In this document: positions 1 to 9,105 of the stretch, one piece after another
Numbering within the stretch: the first letter of the stretch is position 1
Layout: each line of letters begins with the position of its first letter
DNA from: Candidatus Omnitrophota bacterium
Lineage (GTDB): Bacteria > Omnitrophota > Gorgyraeia > Zapsychrales > Fredricksoniimonadaceae
DNA: 57,847 nucleotides
Assembly: GCA_015228785.1 (NCBI GenBank)
Contig: JADGCU010000004.1
Location: 1 to 57,847 of the forward strand
Direction: 5' to 3'
Program-made: the position numbers and the translations under genes
Notes under the pieces: generated by a model
Seen by the model: the letters and a program-made list of their open reading frames with translations, nothing else
The model's database searches: none
Told to the model about the DNA's origin: nothing

Positions 1-561
1 AAGGAGCTTGATGAGATCAATGACCAGATCGCGAAAGAATTACGGGCTTTAGGAGGCGATGTCACGGGACTTGACGGGGATGAGCACATTATTCATGTTG
101 AGAAGAAGAAATCTGATCGAGACTTGGGCTATGTTGGCACCATTACCAATATAGAGTTTAAGCGTCTTGCGCGGCATGTGCGCATGGGGCGGATCACGGT
201 TGTGGCACCTTTGGGGGATGGCGATGCTCAGCAGCCCCATAATGTGAATGCTGATGAGGTGGCGAGCGCTATTGCCTCCTCTATGAGGGCGGAAAAGTTT
301 GTTCTTTTGACAGATGTCCCTGGTGTTCTCAAGGACCAAAAAGATCCCTCTACATTGTTTTCAACATTGACAATGGCTGAGATTGATACGCTTAAACAAC
401 AAAAGATTATTTTTGGAGGCATGATCCCAAAGGTCGATGCCTGTATGGATGCGCTGAGGGGAGATGTCCCCAAGGCACACATCATTGATGCGCGTCAGGA
501 TCATGCGCTTCTTCTTGAGATCTTCACAGATAAAGGTATTGGCACTCAAATCGTTCCTTAA
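1..561 (+). CDS. argB: N-acetylglutamate kinase, C-terminal part (5' end lies outside the window)
   Basis: Frame 1 is open from base 1 to TAA at 559-561. The translation (VAPLGDGD...NVNADEVASAIA...LLTDVPGVL...FGGMIPKVDAC...HIIDAR...LLLEIFTDKGIGTQI) fits the amino-acid-kinase fold of ArgB. It is followed by argD-F-G-H. Confidence 0.9.
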   Translation, partial: KELDEINDQIAKELRALGGDVTGLDGDEHIIHVEKKKSDRDLGYVGTITNIEFKRLARHVRMGRITVVAPLGDGDAQQPHNVNADEVASAIASSMRAEKFVLLTDVPGVLKDQKDPSTLFSTLTMAEIDTLKQQKIIFGGMIPKVDACMDALRGDVPKAHIIDARQDHALLLEIFTDKGIGTQIVP

Positions 562-567
562 TTTTCC

Positions 568-1755
568 ATGAAGAAAAAAGAAGTATTTCAAAACTACGAG
601 AATTTTATATTTACTACTTACGGGAAGCTTCCTTTGGTCCTTGTCAAGGGGAAGGGCTCTGTTATTACGGATATTGATGGAAAGAAGTATTTAGATTTCT
701 TTCCCGGTTGGGGCGTGTCGAATGTGGGACATTGTCATCCCAAGGTCATGTCAGCCGTTAGGGATCAAATTGATAAGCTTATCCATGTTCCCAATAATTT
801 TTTTCATCCTAATCAAGGCCGGTTGGCAGCTGAAATTGTTCGTAATGCTTTTAATGGAAAAGTTTTCTTTTGTAATAGTGGGGCAGAGGCGATCGAGGCT
901 GCCATTAAATTTTCCAGAATCTATGGTGCTGGCAAAAGATTTGAGATCATTACGACGGAAACATCTTTTCATGGTCGGACGATGGGGGCTTTGGCAGCAA
1001 CGGGTCAGGCTAAGTATCAGGAAGGATTTGCTCCTCTCCCTGGAGGCTTTAAGACTGTTCCTTTTAATGATTTTAAGGCGATCAAAGATGCTGTTACAGA
1101 CAAGACCGTAGCTGTTCTTCTGGAGCTTGTGCAGGGAGAGGGCGGGATCAATATTGCTTCTAAAGAATATATTAAACAATTGAGGCAGTTTTGTCTGGAG
1201 AAGGACATTCTTCTTATTATTGATGAAGTTCAGACTGGTCTGGGTCGGACAGGAGAAATGTTTGCTTATAAGCATTACAATATTGATCCTGATATGATTA
1301 CACTCGCTAAGGGATTGGGTGGCGGACTTCCTATCGGGGCAGTCGTTGCCAAGGACAAGATCTCATGTCTTCTCAAGCCCGGCATGCATGGTTCAACATT
1401 CGGAGGGAGTCCTCTTGTTACAAAGGCGGCTCTTGGGGTGTTTAAGGCAATTCAGCAAGATAAGATGCTGGCGAATGTCAAGGTTATGGGGCCTTACTTG
1501 ATGGATAAGCTCGATGAACTGAAGAAGAAATATAAGATCATTAAGGATGTGCGTGGTTTGGGGTTAATGATTGGAGTTGAGCTTGCGATCGAGGGGAAAA
1601 TGATTTTTGAAGATTGTCTGGCCAATGGGCTTATCATTAATTGTACGCAAGGTAAGGTCTTGAGGATTATGCCGGCGTTGAACGTTACGCGCAAAGAGAT
1701 CAACAAGGCGATATTTATTTTGAATAAGGCGATCGAGAAGGCGACAGCTGTTTGA
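568..1755 (+). CDS. argD: acetylornithine aminotransferase (class III PLP aminotransferase)
   Basis: 395 aa ORF starting at ATG 568. Motifs FFCNSGAEAIEAAIKF, LIIDEVQTGLGRTGEMFAY and GSTFGGSPL are typical of ArgD. It lies inside the arg cluster. Confidence 0.92.
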   Translation: MKKKEVFQNYENFIFTTYGKLPLVLVKGKGSVITDIDGKKYLDFFPGWGVSNVGHCHPKVMSAVRDQIDKLIHVPNNFFHPNQGRLAAEIVRNAFNGKVFFCNSGAEAIEAAIKFSRIYGAGKRFEIITTETSFHGRTMGALAATGQAKYQEGFAPLPGGFKTVPFNDFKAIKDAVTDKTVAVLLELVQGEGGINIASKEYIKQLRQFCLEKDILLIIDEVQTGLGRTGEMFAYKHYNIDPDMITLAKGLGGGLPIGAVVAKDKISCLLKPGMHGSTFGGSPLVTKAALGVFKAIQQDKMLANVKVMGPYLMDKLDELKKKYKIIKDVRGLGLMIGVELAIEGKMIFEDCLANGLIINCTQGKVLRIMPALNVTRKEINKAIFILNKAIEKATAV

Positions 1756-1766
1756 TCGGAGGAAGC

Positions 1767-2693
1767 ATGAAAAGAGATTTCCTAAGTCTTAAGGATTACT
1801 CATCTCAGGACATTGAGAATCTTTTGAATTTGGCAAAACAACTTAAGGTGAATCCTCGTCAGACGTCGGATTATCTGCGGGGCAAGTCTTTTGCGCTTAT
1901 TTTTCAGAAACCATCCAATCGTACGCGAGTTTCTTTTGAGACAGGCATTTATCAGCTTGGGGGCAATGCGATCTATCTGGGGCCGGATGATATTGATCTG
2001 GGTAAGCGCGAGCCAACTTCTGATATTGCGCGGACATTGTCGCGCTATGTCGATGGTATTGTGGCTCGTGTTTTTTCTCATGATGATATTATGGATTTGG
2101 CCCGCTGTGCTACGGTTCCTGTGATTAATGGATTGTCAGATCTTTCTCACCCCTGTCAGGCGATGGCGGATATTTTTACGATCCAGGAGGTTTTCACCAA
2201 TTTGAAGGGGTTGAAGATGGCCTATGTTGGAGATGGAAATAACATGGTCAATTCTTTGTTGTTGGCCTGTGCCAAGGTAGGGGCGCATATTTCTGTCGCA
2301 ACACCTAAGGGATATGAACCCAATGCCGCCTATGTGAGATTGGCTCAGCAGGCCGCGGAGAAGACGGGAACGAGTATCGTTCTTACGAATTCTCCGCAGG
2401 AAGCTATCAAGGGGGCGCAGGTCGTTTATACAGATACATGGGTGAGCATGGGGCAGGAAGAAGAAACGGCTAGGCGTTTTAAGGATTTTCGCAGTTATCA
2501 GATCGATGAGAAGCTTGTATCGTTAGCGGAGAAGAATTATATTTTTATGCATTGTCTTCCGGCGCATCGGGGGCAAGAAGTGACGGCGTCTGTTATTGAT
2601 GGCCCACATTCCGTGATCTTTGATCAAGCAGAAAATCGTCTTCATATGCAAAAGGCGATCATGGTATTTTTGTATACATTTAAACATTCATAA
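1767..2693 (+). CDS. argF: ornithine carbamoyltransferase
   Basis: Motifs FQKPSNRTRVSFE, SDLSHPCQAMAD and HCLPAHRGQEV are OTCase hallmarks. I prefer ATG 1767, preceded by GGAGGA, over the TTG at 1752 reported in the ORF track. Confidence 0.93.
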   Translation: MKRDFLSLKDYSSQDIENLLNLAKQLKVNPRQTSDYLRGKSFALIFQKPSNRTRVSFETGIYQLGGNAIYLGPDDIDLGKREPTSDIARTLSRYVDGIVARVFSHDDIMDLARCATVPVINGLSDLSHPCQAMADIFTIQEVFTNLKGLKMAYVGDGNNMVNSLLLACAKVGAHISVATPKGYEPNAAYVRLAQQAAEKTGTSIVLTNSPQEAIKGAQVVYTDTWVSMGQEEETARRFKDFRSYQIDEKLVSLAEKNYIFMHCLPAHRGQEVTASVIDGPHSVIFDQAENRLHMQKAIMVFLYTFKHS

Positions 2694-2710
2694 TTGGGGG
2701 AATGGAACAG

Positions 2711-3886
2711 ATGAAGAAGGTTGTTTTGGCGTATTCTGGCGGACTAGATACATCGTGCATCATTCCTTGGCTCAAGGATCGTGGTTACGAAATCATCGCA
2801 CTTGTGGGCGATGTTGGTCAGGGTGATGATATGGAACAGGTGAAGGCCAAGGCGATCGCATCTGGTGCTTCCAAGGCGTATTGTCTGGATCTTAAACAGG
2901 AGCTTATCGAACAGTATGCACTTCCGACGCTTAAAGCAGGTGCTCTTTATGAAGGGAAATATAATTTAGCTTGTGCTCTTTCCCGTCCTTTGATCGCCTA
3001 TCATCAGGTTCAGGTTGCTAAGAAAGAAAAGGCCGATGGTCTGGTCCATGGATGTACGGGAAAAGGGAATGATCAGGTTCGTTTTGAAGTTACTTACCGT
3101 TTGCAGGCTCCTCATTTGGAGGTGATTGCGCCGGTTCGCGTCTGGGAATTTAAGTCGCGTGATGAAGAGATTGATTATGCGAAATCCAAGGGCGTTCCTG
3201 TTGTTGCGTCCAAGAAAAAGCCATATTCGATTGATACAAATGTGTATGGTCGTGCTATGGAGAGCGGGATTCTCGAAGATCCGATGGTCGAGCCCCCTGA
3301 AGATATTTTTTATATGACTATTGATCCTAAGAAGGCGCCTAATACGCCGGGCTATGTTGAGGTAGGTTTTGAAAAAGGAATTCCAGTGTCTGTGGATGGG
3401 GTCAAGATGAAACCTTTGGCTTTGGTTCTCAAGCTTAATGAGATTGCGGGAAAGCATGGTGTGGGTCGCGTTGATATGATAGAGAATCGTCTGGTGGGCA
3501 TTAAGTCGCGCGAACTATACGAGAATCCGGCAGGGACTGTTCTTCATATTGCTATTCGTGAGATTGAGAGTTTGGTTTTGGATCGTGATAGTCTTCGGTT
3601 TAAGGAGGCGCTCTCGCAAAAATATGCGGAATTGGTCTATAACGGTTTATGGTGGACTCCTTTGAAAGCCCAGATGGATGCGTTCTTCAATAAGTATCAT
3701 GAGCATACGACGGGTGTTGCTCGTATAAAGTTGTATAAAGGTTGTGCCATGCCCGTGGGTCGAAAGTCTCCATTTTCGCGTTATAGCGATAAGATGGCGA
3801 CTTATGGTAAAGGGGATACGTTCGACCAGTCTTTGGCCGAAGGGTTTATTAAACTTTGGACCGTGCCGTTCCAGAGACACTCGTAA
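2711..3886 (+). CDS. argG: argininosuccinate synthase
   Basis: N-terminus KKVVLAYSGGLDTS (ATP pyrophosphatase motif), plus GCTGKGNDQVRFE and NRLVGIKSRE. The ORF opens at ATG 2702, but ATG 2711 has better spacing from the GGGGGA at 2695-2700. Confidence 0.93.
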   Translation: MKKVVLAYSGGLDTSCIIPWLKDRGYEIIALVGDVGQGDDMEQVKAKAIASGASKAYCLDLKQELIEQYALPTLKAGALYEGKYNLACALSRPLIAYHQVQVAKKEKADGLVHGCTGKGNDQVRFEVTYRLQAPHLEVIAPVRVWEFKSRDEEIDYAKSKGVPVVASKKKPYSIDTNVYGRAMESGILEDPMVEPPEDIFYMTIDPKKAPNTPGYVEVGFEKGIPVSVDGVKMKPLALVLKLNEIAGKHGVGRVDMIENRLVGIKSRELYENPAGTVLHIAIREIESLVLDRDSLRFKEALSQKYAELVYNGLWWTPLKAQMDAFFNKYHEHTTGVARIKLYKGCAMPVGRKSPFSRYSDKMATYGKGDTFDQSLAEGFIKLWTVPFQRHS

Positions 3887-3966
3887 CAAGGCACAAGGCA
3901 TGAGACACAAGGCGCAGGAATGTGCTTTGTGTGTTGTGTCTTGTGTCCCTTCAGAAGGGGTTGTTT

Positions 3967-5340
3967 ATGCCAAGATTATGGGGATCAAGGTTCAAGGGGG
4001 AGTTTGGTGAGCTTTCTAAGAAGTTTACCTTTAGTGTTCACTATGATTCAAAGCTTGCGCTGTATGATTGTTTGGGATCGATCGCTCATGCCGAGATGCT
4101 AAGTGAAACAGGGATCATTCCTAAGAAGGATGCTTCTGATATTACCAAAGGGCTTAAGAAGATCGTTTCTGAGATTGAGAAGGGGACCTATGTATTTGAG
4201 CCTACATCTGAGGATGTTCATACGGATATTCAAAATCGTTTGAAGAAGATGATTGGAAGGCCAGCGGATCGATTACACGCCGCTCGCTCGCGGAATGATC
4301 AGGTTGTGACAGATGTTCGGCTTTATTGCATGGATCACATTCAGGCGATTATTGCAATGATCCGTAAACTACAGCGTTCGATTGTGACGTTTGCGGATAA
4401 ACACCAGGACGTCATTATTCCGGGTTATACGCATCTTCAGGCAGCTCAGGTTGTTCTTTTGAGTCACCATATGCTTGCTTATGTGGAGATGTTGGAACGT
4501 GATAAGGATCGTTTTGTGGATGCGCTTAAGCGAGTGGCCATTAATCCGCTGGGGAGCTGTGCTCTTTCGGGTTCATCTTTACCGATTGATCGGAATTCGG
4601 TAACAAAGAAGCTGGGTTTCTTGGAGACGTCTGCTAATAGTATGGATTCTGTAGCAGATCGTGATTTTATTTTGGAGACCTTGTCAGACATTTCAATCAC
4701 AGGCGTTCATCTGTCAAGGATGTGCGAGGATTTGATATTGTGGGTTACGAGCGAGTTTAATTTTATAAAACTCGATGATGCGTTTTGTACGGGATCTTCT
4801 ATTATGCCGCATAAGAAGAATCCTGATGTGCTTGAGCTTATTCGCGGATCATCGTCTAAGTTCCCGGGGCATTTAATGGAGCTTACCATTCTCATGAAGG
4901 GGCTGCCGCTCACATATAATAGGGATATGCAGCTCGATAAGCCTGCGCTCTTTGGCAGTGTTGAGACGATTCAGGCCATGCTTACGCTGATGAGTGAGCT
5001 TTTCGGTGGTATCAAGGTTAATCGTGAACGATTAGCCGAAAGGGTCAAAGATGAGTATTTCTTCTCGGTCGATATTCTGGAGTATCTTGTTCGTAAAGGA
5101 GCATCTTACCGGGAGGCTCATGATACGGTTGGGGTTATTGTGAAGGAATGCTTGGATAGAGGAAGCAAGCTCGCAGATATGTCCATTACGAATTTAAAGA
5201 AATATTCCATGTATTTTGAGACGGATGTGAAGAATCTCTTAACGCCTGAGATTTCGGTTCAGATTAAGCGTTCTGTGGGCTCTACAAATCCGGCTATGGT
5301 AAAAGCGCAAATTACGCGTTGGAAGAATAGGTTAAAGTAG
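3967..5340 (+). CDS. argH: argininosuccinate lyase
   Basis: N-terminus MPRLWGSRFKGEF. Motifs SRNDQV, GYTHLQAAQ and GSSIMPHKKNPD form the fumarate-lyase signature. The 15 codons upstream in the ORF track (from 3922) translate a GT-rich hairpin arm and are unlikely to be coding. Confidence 0.93.
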   Translation: MPRLWGSRFKGEFGELSKKFTFSVHYDSKLALYDCLGSIAHAEMLSETGIIPKKDASDITKGLKKIVSEIEKGTYVFEPTSEDVHTDIQNRLKKMIGRPADRLHAARSRNDQVVTDVRLYCMDHIQAIIAMIRKLQRSIVTFADKHQDVIIPGYTHLQAAQVVLLSHHMLAYVEMLERDKDRFVDALKRVAINPLGSCALSGSSLPIDRNSVTKKLGFLETSANSMDSVADRDFILETLSDISITGVHLSRMCEDLILWVTSEFNFIKLDDAFCTGSSIMPHKKNPDVLELIRGSSSKFPGHLMELTILMKGLPLTYNRDMQLDKPALFGSVETIQAMLTLMSELFGGIKVNRERLAERVKDEYFFSVDILEYLVRKGASYREAHDTVGVIVKECLDRGSKLADMSITNLKKYSMYFETDVKNLLTPEISVQIKRSVGSTNPAMVKAQITRWKNRLK

Positions 5341-5341
5341 C

Positions 5342-6613
5342 ATGTACGCACATCCCATTCATGATTTTCAATATAAGAATGGCGAGCTTTACTGCGAAGG
5401 GGTGAAGGTGTCTGCCATCGCCAAGAAGGTCGGCACACCGGTTTATATTTATAGTCATACGACCTTAGTTGAGCATTTTTGTAAGATCAGGGCAGCTTTC
5501 TCAGAAATTGATCCTATTATCTGTTTTGCAATGAAAGCGAACAGCAATCTAGCGATCTTGAAGGCCTTGGTCAATGAGGACGCTGGATTTGATATTGTTT
5601 CTGGCGGAGAACTTAAAAAGGCAAAGATGGTGAAGGCGGATATGCGGAAGGTCGCCTTTGCCTCTGTGGGAAAGACTGAGGGGGAAATTATTGAGGCGAT
5701 TAAGGCAGGGATTCTTCTTTTTAATGTGGAGTCTAAGCCTGAACTTTTAAATATTAATCGTATTGCGGCAAGGCTCAAAAAGACGGTGCAGGTCGCATTG
5801 CGTATTAATCCTGATATTGAGGCCCCGACGCATGCCAAGATTAGCACGGGAAGCCTGAAGAATAAATTCGGCATTGATTTAAAGACCGCGCGCCAGATTT
5901 TTCTTGATCAGAAAGCGTATAAGTATCTTAAAATCAATGGCGTTCATATCCATATAGGGTCCCAGATTACTAAGGCGGCTCCTTTTTTGCGTGCGATCGA
6001 GAAGGCGCTTGCTTTTATTGATGATCTTGAGATGGATGGTGTCAGGATCGACTATTTTGATATTGGCGGAGGTTTAGGGATTGTCTATAAGGATGAGAAC
6101 CCTCAGACAGCTAAGCAGTATGCTGATAAAGTTTTGCCTCTTTTACGTGGTCGTAAGTTTAAGGTCTTAATGGAGCCGGGGCGGTTTATTGTTGGTAATG
6201 CTGGTATTTTTATTACCACCAAGCTTTACTTGAAGGATAATGGCGTTAAGAAATTTATGATCGTGGATGCGGGGATGAATGATCTGGTGAGGCCCTCGAT
6301 GTATGGCGCTTATCATGAAATTATACCAGTAAAGAAGAGTGCTGTGGGCAAGGTTACGGTCGATGTTGTAGGGCCGATCTGTGAAAGCGGGGACACCTTT
6401 GCTTTTGACAGGAAGCTTCCTGATATCCAAGATGGTGAATATTTGGCGCTTTTGTCAGCGGGGGCCTATGGGTATGCGATGGCGAGTAATTATAATGTTC
6501 GTCCACGAGCGGCAGAGGTTATGGTGAAAGGCCATCAATGGGCCATTATTCAGGAACGTGAAACGTTCAAAGATTTAGTAGCAGGATCAAAGTTGCCAGG
6601 GTTTCTGAAATGA
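5342..6613 (+). CDS. lysA: diaminopimelate decarboxylase
   Basis: 423 aa. Fold-III PLP decarboxylase features are FAMKANSNLAIL, HIHIGSQI, DIGGGLGI, CESGD and GAYGY. It lies directly upstream of dapF/dapA/dapB. Confidence 0.92.
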   Translation: MYAHPIHDFQYKNGELYCEGVKVSAIAKKVGTPVYIYSHTTLVEHFCKIRAAFSEIDPIICFAMKANSNLAILKALVNEDAGFDIVSGGELKKAKMVKADMRKVAFASVGKTEGEIIEAIKAGILLFNVESKPELLNINRIAARLKKTVQVALRINPDIEAPTHAKISTGSLKNKFGIDLKTARQIFLDQKAYKYLKINGVHIHIGSQITKAAPFLRAIEKALAFIDDLEMDGVRIDYFDIGGGLGIVYKDENPQTAKQYADKVLPLLRGRKFKVLMEPGRFIVGNAGIFITTKLYLKDNGVKKFMIVDAGMNDLVRPSMYGAYHEIIPVKKSAVGKVTVDVVGPICESGDTFAFDRKLPDIQDGEYLALLSAGAYGYAMASNYNVRPRAAEVMVKGHQWAIIQERETFKDLVAGSKLPGFLK

Positions 6614-7449
6614 AAAAGATTCCTTTCTTTAAAATGCAGGGTGCTGGTAATGATTTTGTCGTGATTGATGATATCCCTGGGTTGGATCTTATTGATTTTG
6701 CGAGAAAGGCCTGCGACCGACATATGGGTATTGGTGCTGATGGGATCCTTGTTCTGGAATCATCTAAGAAAGCAGATTACCGGATGCGCATCATCAATTC
6801 TGATGGTTCTGAGGCGGAGATGTGTGGCAACGGGGCGCGATGCATGGCCGTGTATATTGCTCGTAAATTTGCGGTTGTCCCTGAAGTTTTTACGCTGGAG
6901 ACGATCGCGGGAATGATTCATGCCTCTGTTAATGATGAGATGGCATCTGTTCAGTTGAGTGAGCCTAAGGATTATCGCCCTAATATTGAGATTAAGTTTG
7001 GTGATCAAAAGCTTATTGGGCACTTCATCAATACAGGCGTCCCTCATGCGATTATTTTTGTACAGGGATTAGCGGAGTGTGATGTCAACGGACTAGGGCG
7101 CATGATCCGCAATCATCATGTTTTTGCGCCCAAGGGGACGAATGTCAATTTTGTTGAGAAGGTAAGAGATGGAATCATGGCGCTTCGGACGTATGAGCGA
7201 GGCGTTGAGGCTGAGACCATGGCCTGTGGAACGGGAAGTGTCGCATCCGCGCTTGTGGGGTATTTACAGGATCAGAAGAAGCTAGTGGCTCATGCTGGTG
7301 CTTCGATGAAAGTGGCCACTAAGAGTGGAGAGGTTCTAGATGTAACGTTTGATCTGGATCTGAAGGACGATAAGCCCGTGATCGCTAATGTATGGCTCAA
7401 GGGGACTGGAAAGTTTATTTGTAAAGGGGAGTATTATTATGGAGTTTAA
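6610..7449 (+). CDS. dapF: diaminopimelate epimerase
   Basis: F(F)KMQGAGNDFVVID N-terminus and two catalytic Cys contexts (MCGNGARC, ACGTGSVA). ATGA overlap with the lysA stop. Confidence 0.93.
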   Translation: MKKIPFFKMQGAGNDFVVIDDIPGLDLIDFARKACDRHMGIGADGILVLESSKKADYRMRIINSDGSEAEMCGNGARCMAVYIARKFAVVPEVFTLETIAGMIHASVNDEMASVQLSEPKDYRPNIEIKFGDQKLIGHFINTGVPHAIIFVQGLAECDVNGLGRMIRNHHVFAPKGTNVNFVEKVRDGIMALRTYERGVEAETMACGTGSVASALVGYLQDQKKLVAHAGASMKVATKSGEVLDVTFDLDLKDDKPVIANVWLKGTGKFICKGEYYYGV

Positions 7450-8320
7450 AGGTTCGATTGTGGCAATTGTGACACCGTTCACGGAACATGGCATTGACGA
7501 GAAGGTTTTGCAAAATCTGATCGAGTTTCAGATTAAAAATGGCACTCAAGGGATCGTTCCTTGCGGGACGACTGGCGAGTCGCCAACCTTGTCACACGAG
7601 GAGCATGACCGTGTGATTGAGATCGCAGTTGATACCGTGAATCACCGTGTTCCTGTGATCGCTGGGACGGGTTCTAATTCAACGGCAGAGGCGATCAGGC
7701 TGACTCGTCATGCCCAGGATGCGGGGGCGGATGCGGCGCTTGTTGTAACGCCTTATTACAATAAGCCCACTCAAAAAGGGCTTTATTTGCACTTTAAAGC
7801 CGTTGCAGAGAGCGTTAAGATCCCGATTATCCTTTACAACATCGAGGGGCGCTGTGCTCGTAATATCGAGACAGCGACAGTGAAGAAGCTTGCCAAGGAT
7901 TGTAAGAATATTATTGGTGTCAAGGAAGCCTCTGGAAATCTTGAACAGATGAAGGCTGTGAAAGAAGCTTGCGGAAAGAAGTTTGCCCTTATTTCTGGTG
8001 ATGATGCCTTGACCGTTCCTCTTATGAAGATGGGCGGAGTGGGGGTTATTTCAGTTGTCGCTAATATTGTTCCTAAGGAAGTCGCAGAAGTTGTCAGCTT
8101 GATGGCTAAGGGCAAGATTAAAGAAGCCGAGGCCAAGCAGGAGAAACTATTGCCTCTTATTAAGGCCATGTTTTTGGAAACCAATCCTATTCCTGTTAAG
8201 ACCGCGTGTGGGTTGATGGGGTTATGCTCACCTAAAACAAGGCTGCCGCTTTGTGAAATGGAGCCAGAGAATTTAAAGAAATTGAAAATTGCTTTGAAGC
8301 AATTTCATTTGATTAAGTAA
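7439..8320 (+). CDS. dapA: 4-hydroxy-tetrahydrodipicolinate synthase
   Basis: GSIVAIVTPF, CGTTGESPTLSHEEH, YYNKPTQ and IIGVKEAS motifs. ATG 7439 is preceded by AAGGGGA and overlaps the dapF stop by 11 nt. Confidence 0.93.
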   Translation: MEFKGSIVAIVTPFTEHGIDEKVLQNLIEFQIKNGTQGIVPCGTTGESPTLSHEEHDRVIEIAVDTVNHRVPVIAGTGSNSTAEAIRLTRHAQDAGADAALVVTPYYNKPTQKGLYLHFKAVAESVKIPIILYNIEGRCARNIETATVKKLAKDCKNIIGVKEASGNLEQMKAVKEACGKKFALISGDDALTVPLMKMGGVGVISVVANIVPKEVAEVVSLMAKGKIKEAEAKQEKLLPLIKAMFLETNPIPVKTACGLMGLCSPKTRLPLCEMEPENLKKLKIALKQFHLIK

Positions 8321-8340
8321 TTATTCTTTTTGAGGTTTTT

Positions 8341-9057
8341 ATGATCAAGTTAGCAATTACAGGGTGTATGGGCCGTATGGGGCAGCGGATTATTGAGCTC
8401 GCTCAGAAGGATAAGGAGTTTCAGATCGTTGCGCTTATCGAGAGCCCGAACCGTAAAGATGTTCCCGAATTAACAATGGGACTTCCTGTTTTTAAGGACA
8501 TTAGCATGCTTAAGGGCGCGGATGTGTTGATTGATTTTACGCTTCCTGAGGCAACGCCGTCTTTATTGAAGGCGTGTCATGAATATAAAGTTCGTATGGT
8601 TATTGGGACAACGGGTCTTGGTGCTAAAGAGAATTCTCAAGTCGAGGCTATTTCTCATGATATTGCGATCGTCAAGTCTTCGAATATGTCGATCGGCGTG
8701 AATGTTGTCTTCGGTCTCTTAAAGAAGATGGCCGAAACTCTTAAGGGATATAATGTTTCAATCACTGAGACCCATCATATTCACAAGAAGGATGCTCCTT
8801 CGGGAACAGCCAAGAGCATGGCTGAGGTTGTGGAAGCGGCGTCCGGGGCTAAGGTTCAGGATGTAGCGTCTGTGCGAGAGGGAGAAGTTGTGGGGTATCA
8901 TAAAGTTACATTTGAGAGTCCGGTTGATACTATTGAGCTTTCACATAACGCAAAGACGCGTGATATGTTTGCGGAAGGAGCTTTGGTTGCGGCTAAATTT
9001 ATAGCTAAGAAAAATAGCGGGCTTTATAATATGCAGCAAGTGCTAGGGTTAATTTAA
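8341..9057 (+). CDS. dapB: 4-hydroxy-tetrahydrodipicolinate reductase
   Basis: N-terminal Rossmann motif ITGCMGRMGQ and the DapB C-terminal domain motif ETHHIHKKDAPSGTA. Confidence 0.92.
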   Translation: MIKLAITGCMGRMGQRIIELAQKDKEFQIVALIESPNRKDVPELTMGLPVFKDISMLKGADVLIDFTLPEATPSLLKACHEYKVRMVIGTTGLGAKENSQVEAISHDIAIVKSSNMSIGVNVVFGLLKKMAETLKGYNVSITETHHIHKKDAPSGTAKSMAEVVEAASGAKVQDVASVREGEVVGYHKVTFESPVDTIELSHNAKTRDMFAEGALVAAKFIAKKNSGLYNMQQVLGLI

Positions 9058-9105
9058 AAATGAAATTCTAGAAATTATAAATCAAGAGAATTAAGGAGTT
9101 GGTGA

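Noticed and set aside
3922-3966. An N-terminal extension of argH (MLCVLCLVSLQKGLF) from the ORF track.
   Set aside because: These codons translate the GT-rich 3' arm of the intergenic hairpin. ATG 3967 gives the conserved ArgH N-terminus and has an AAGGGG RBS.
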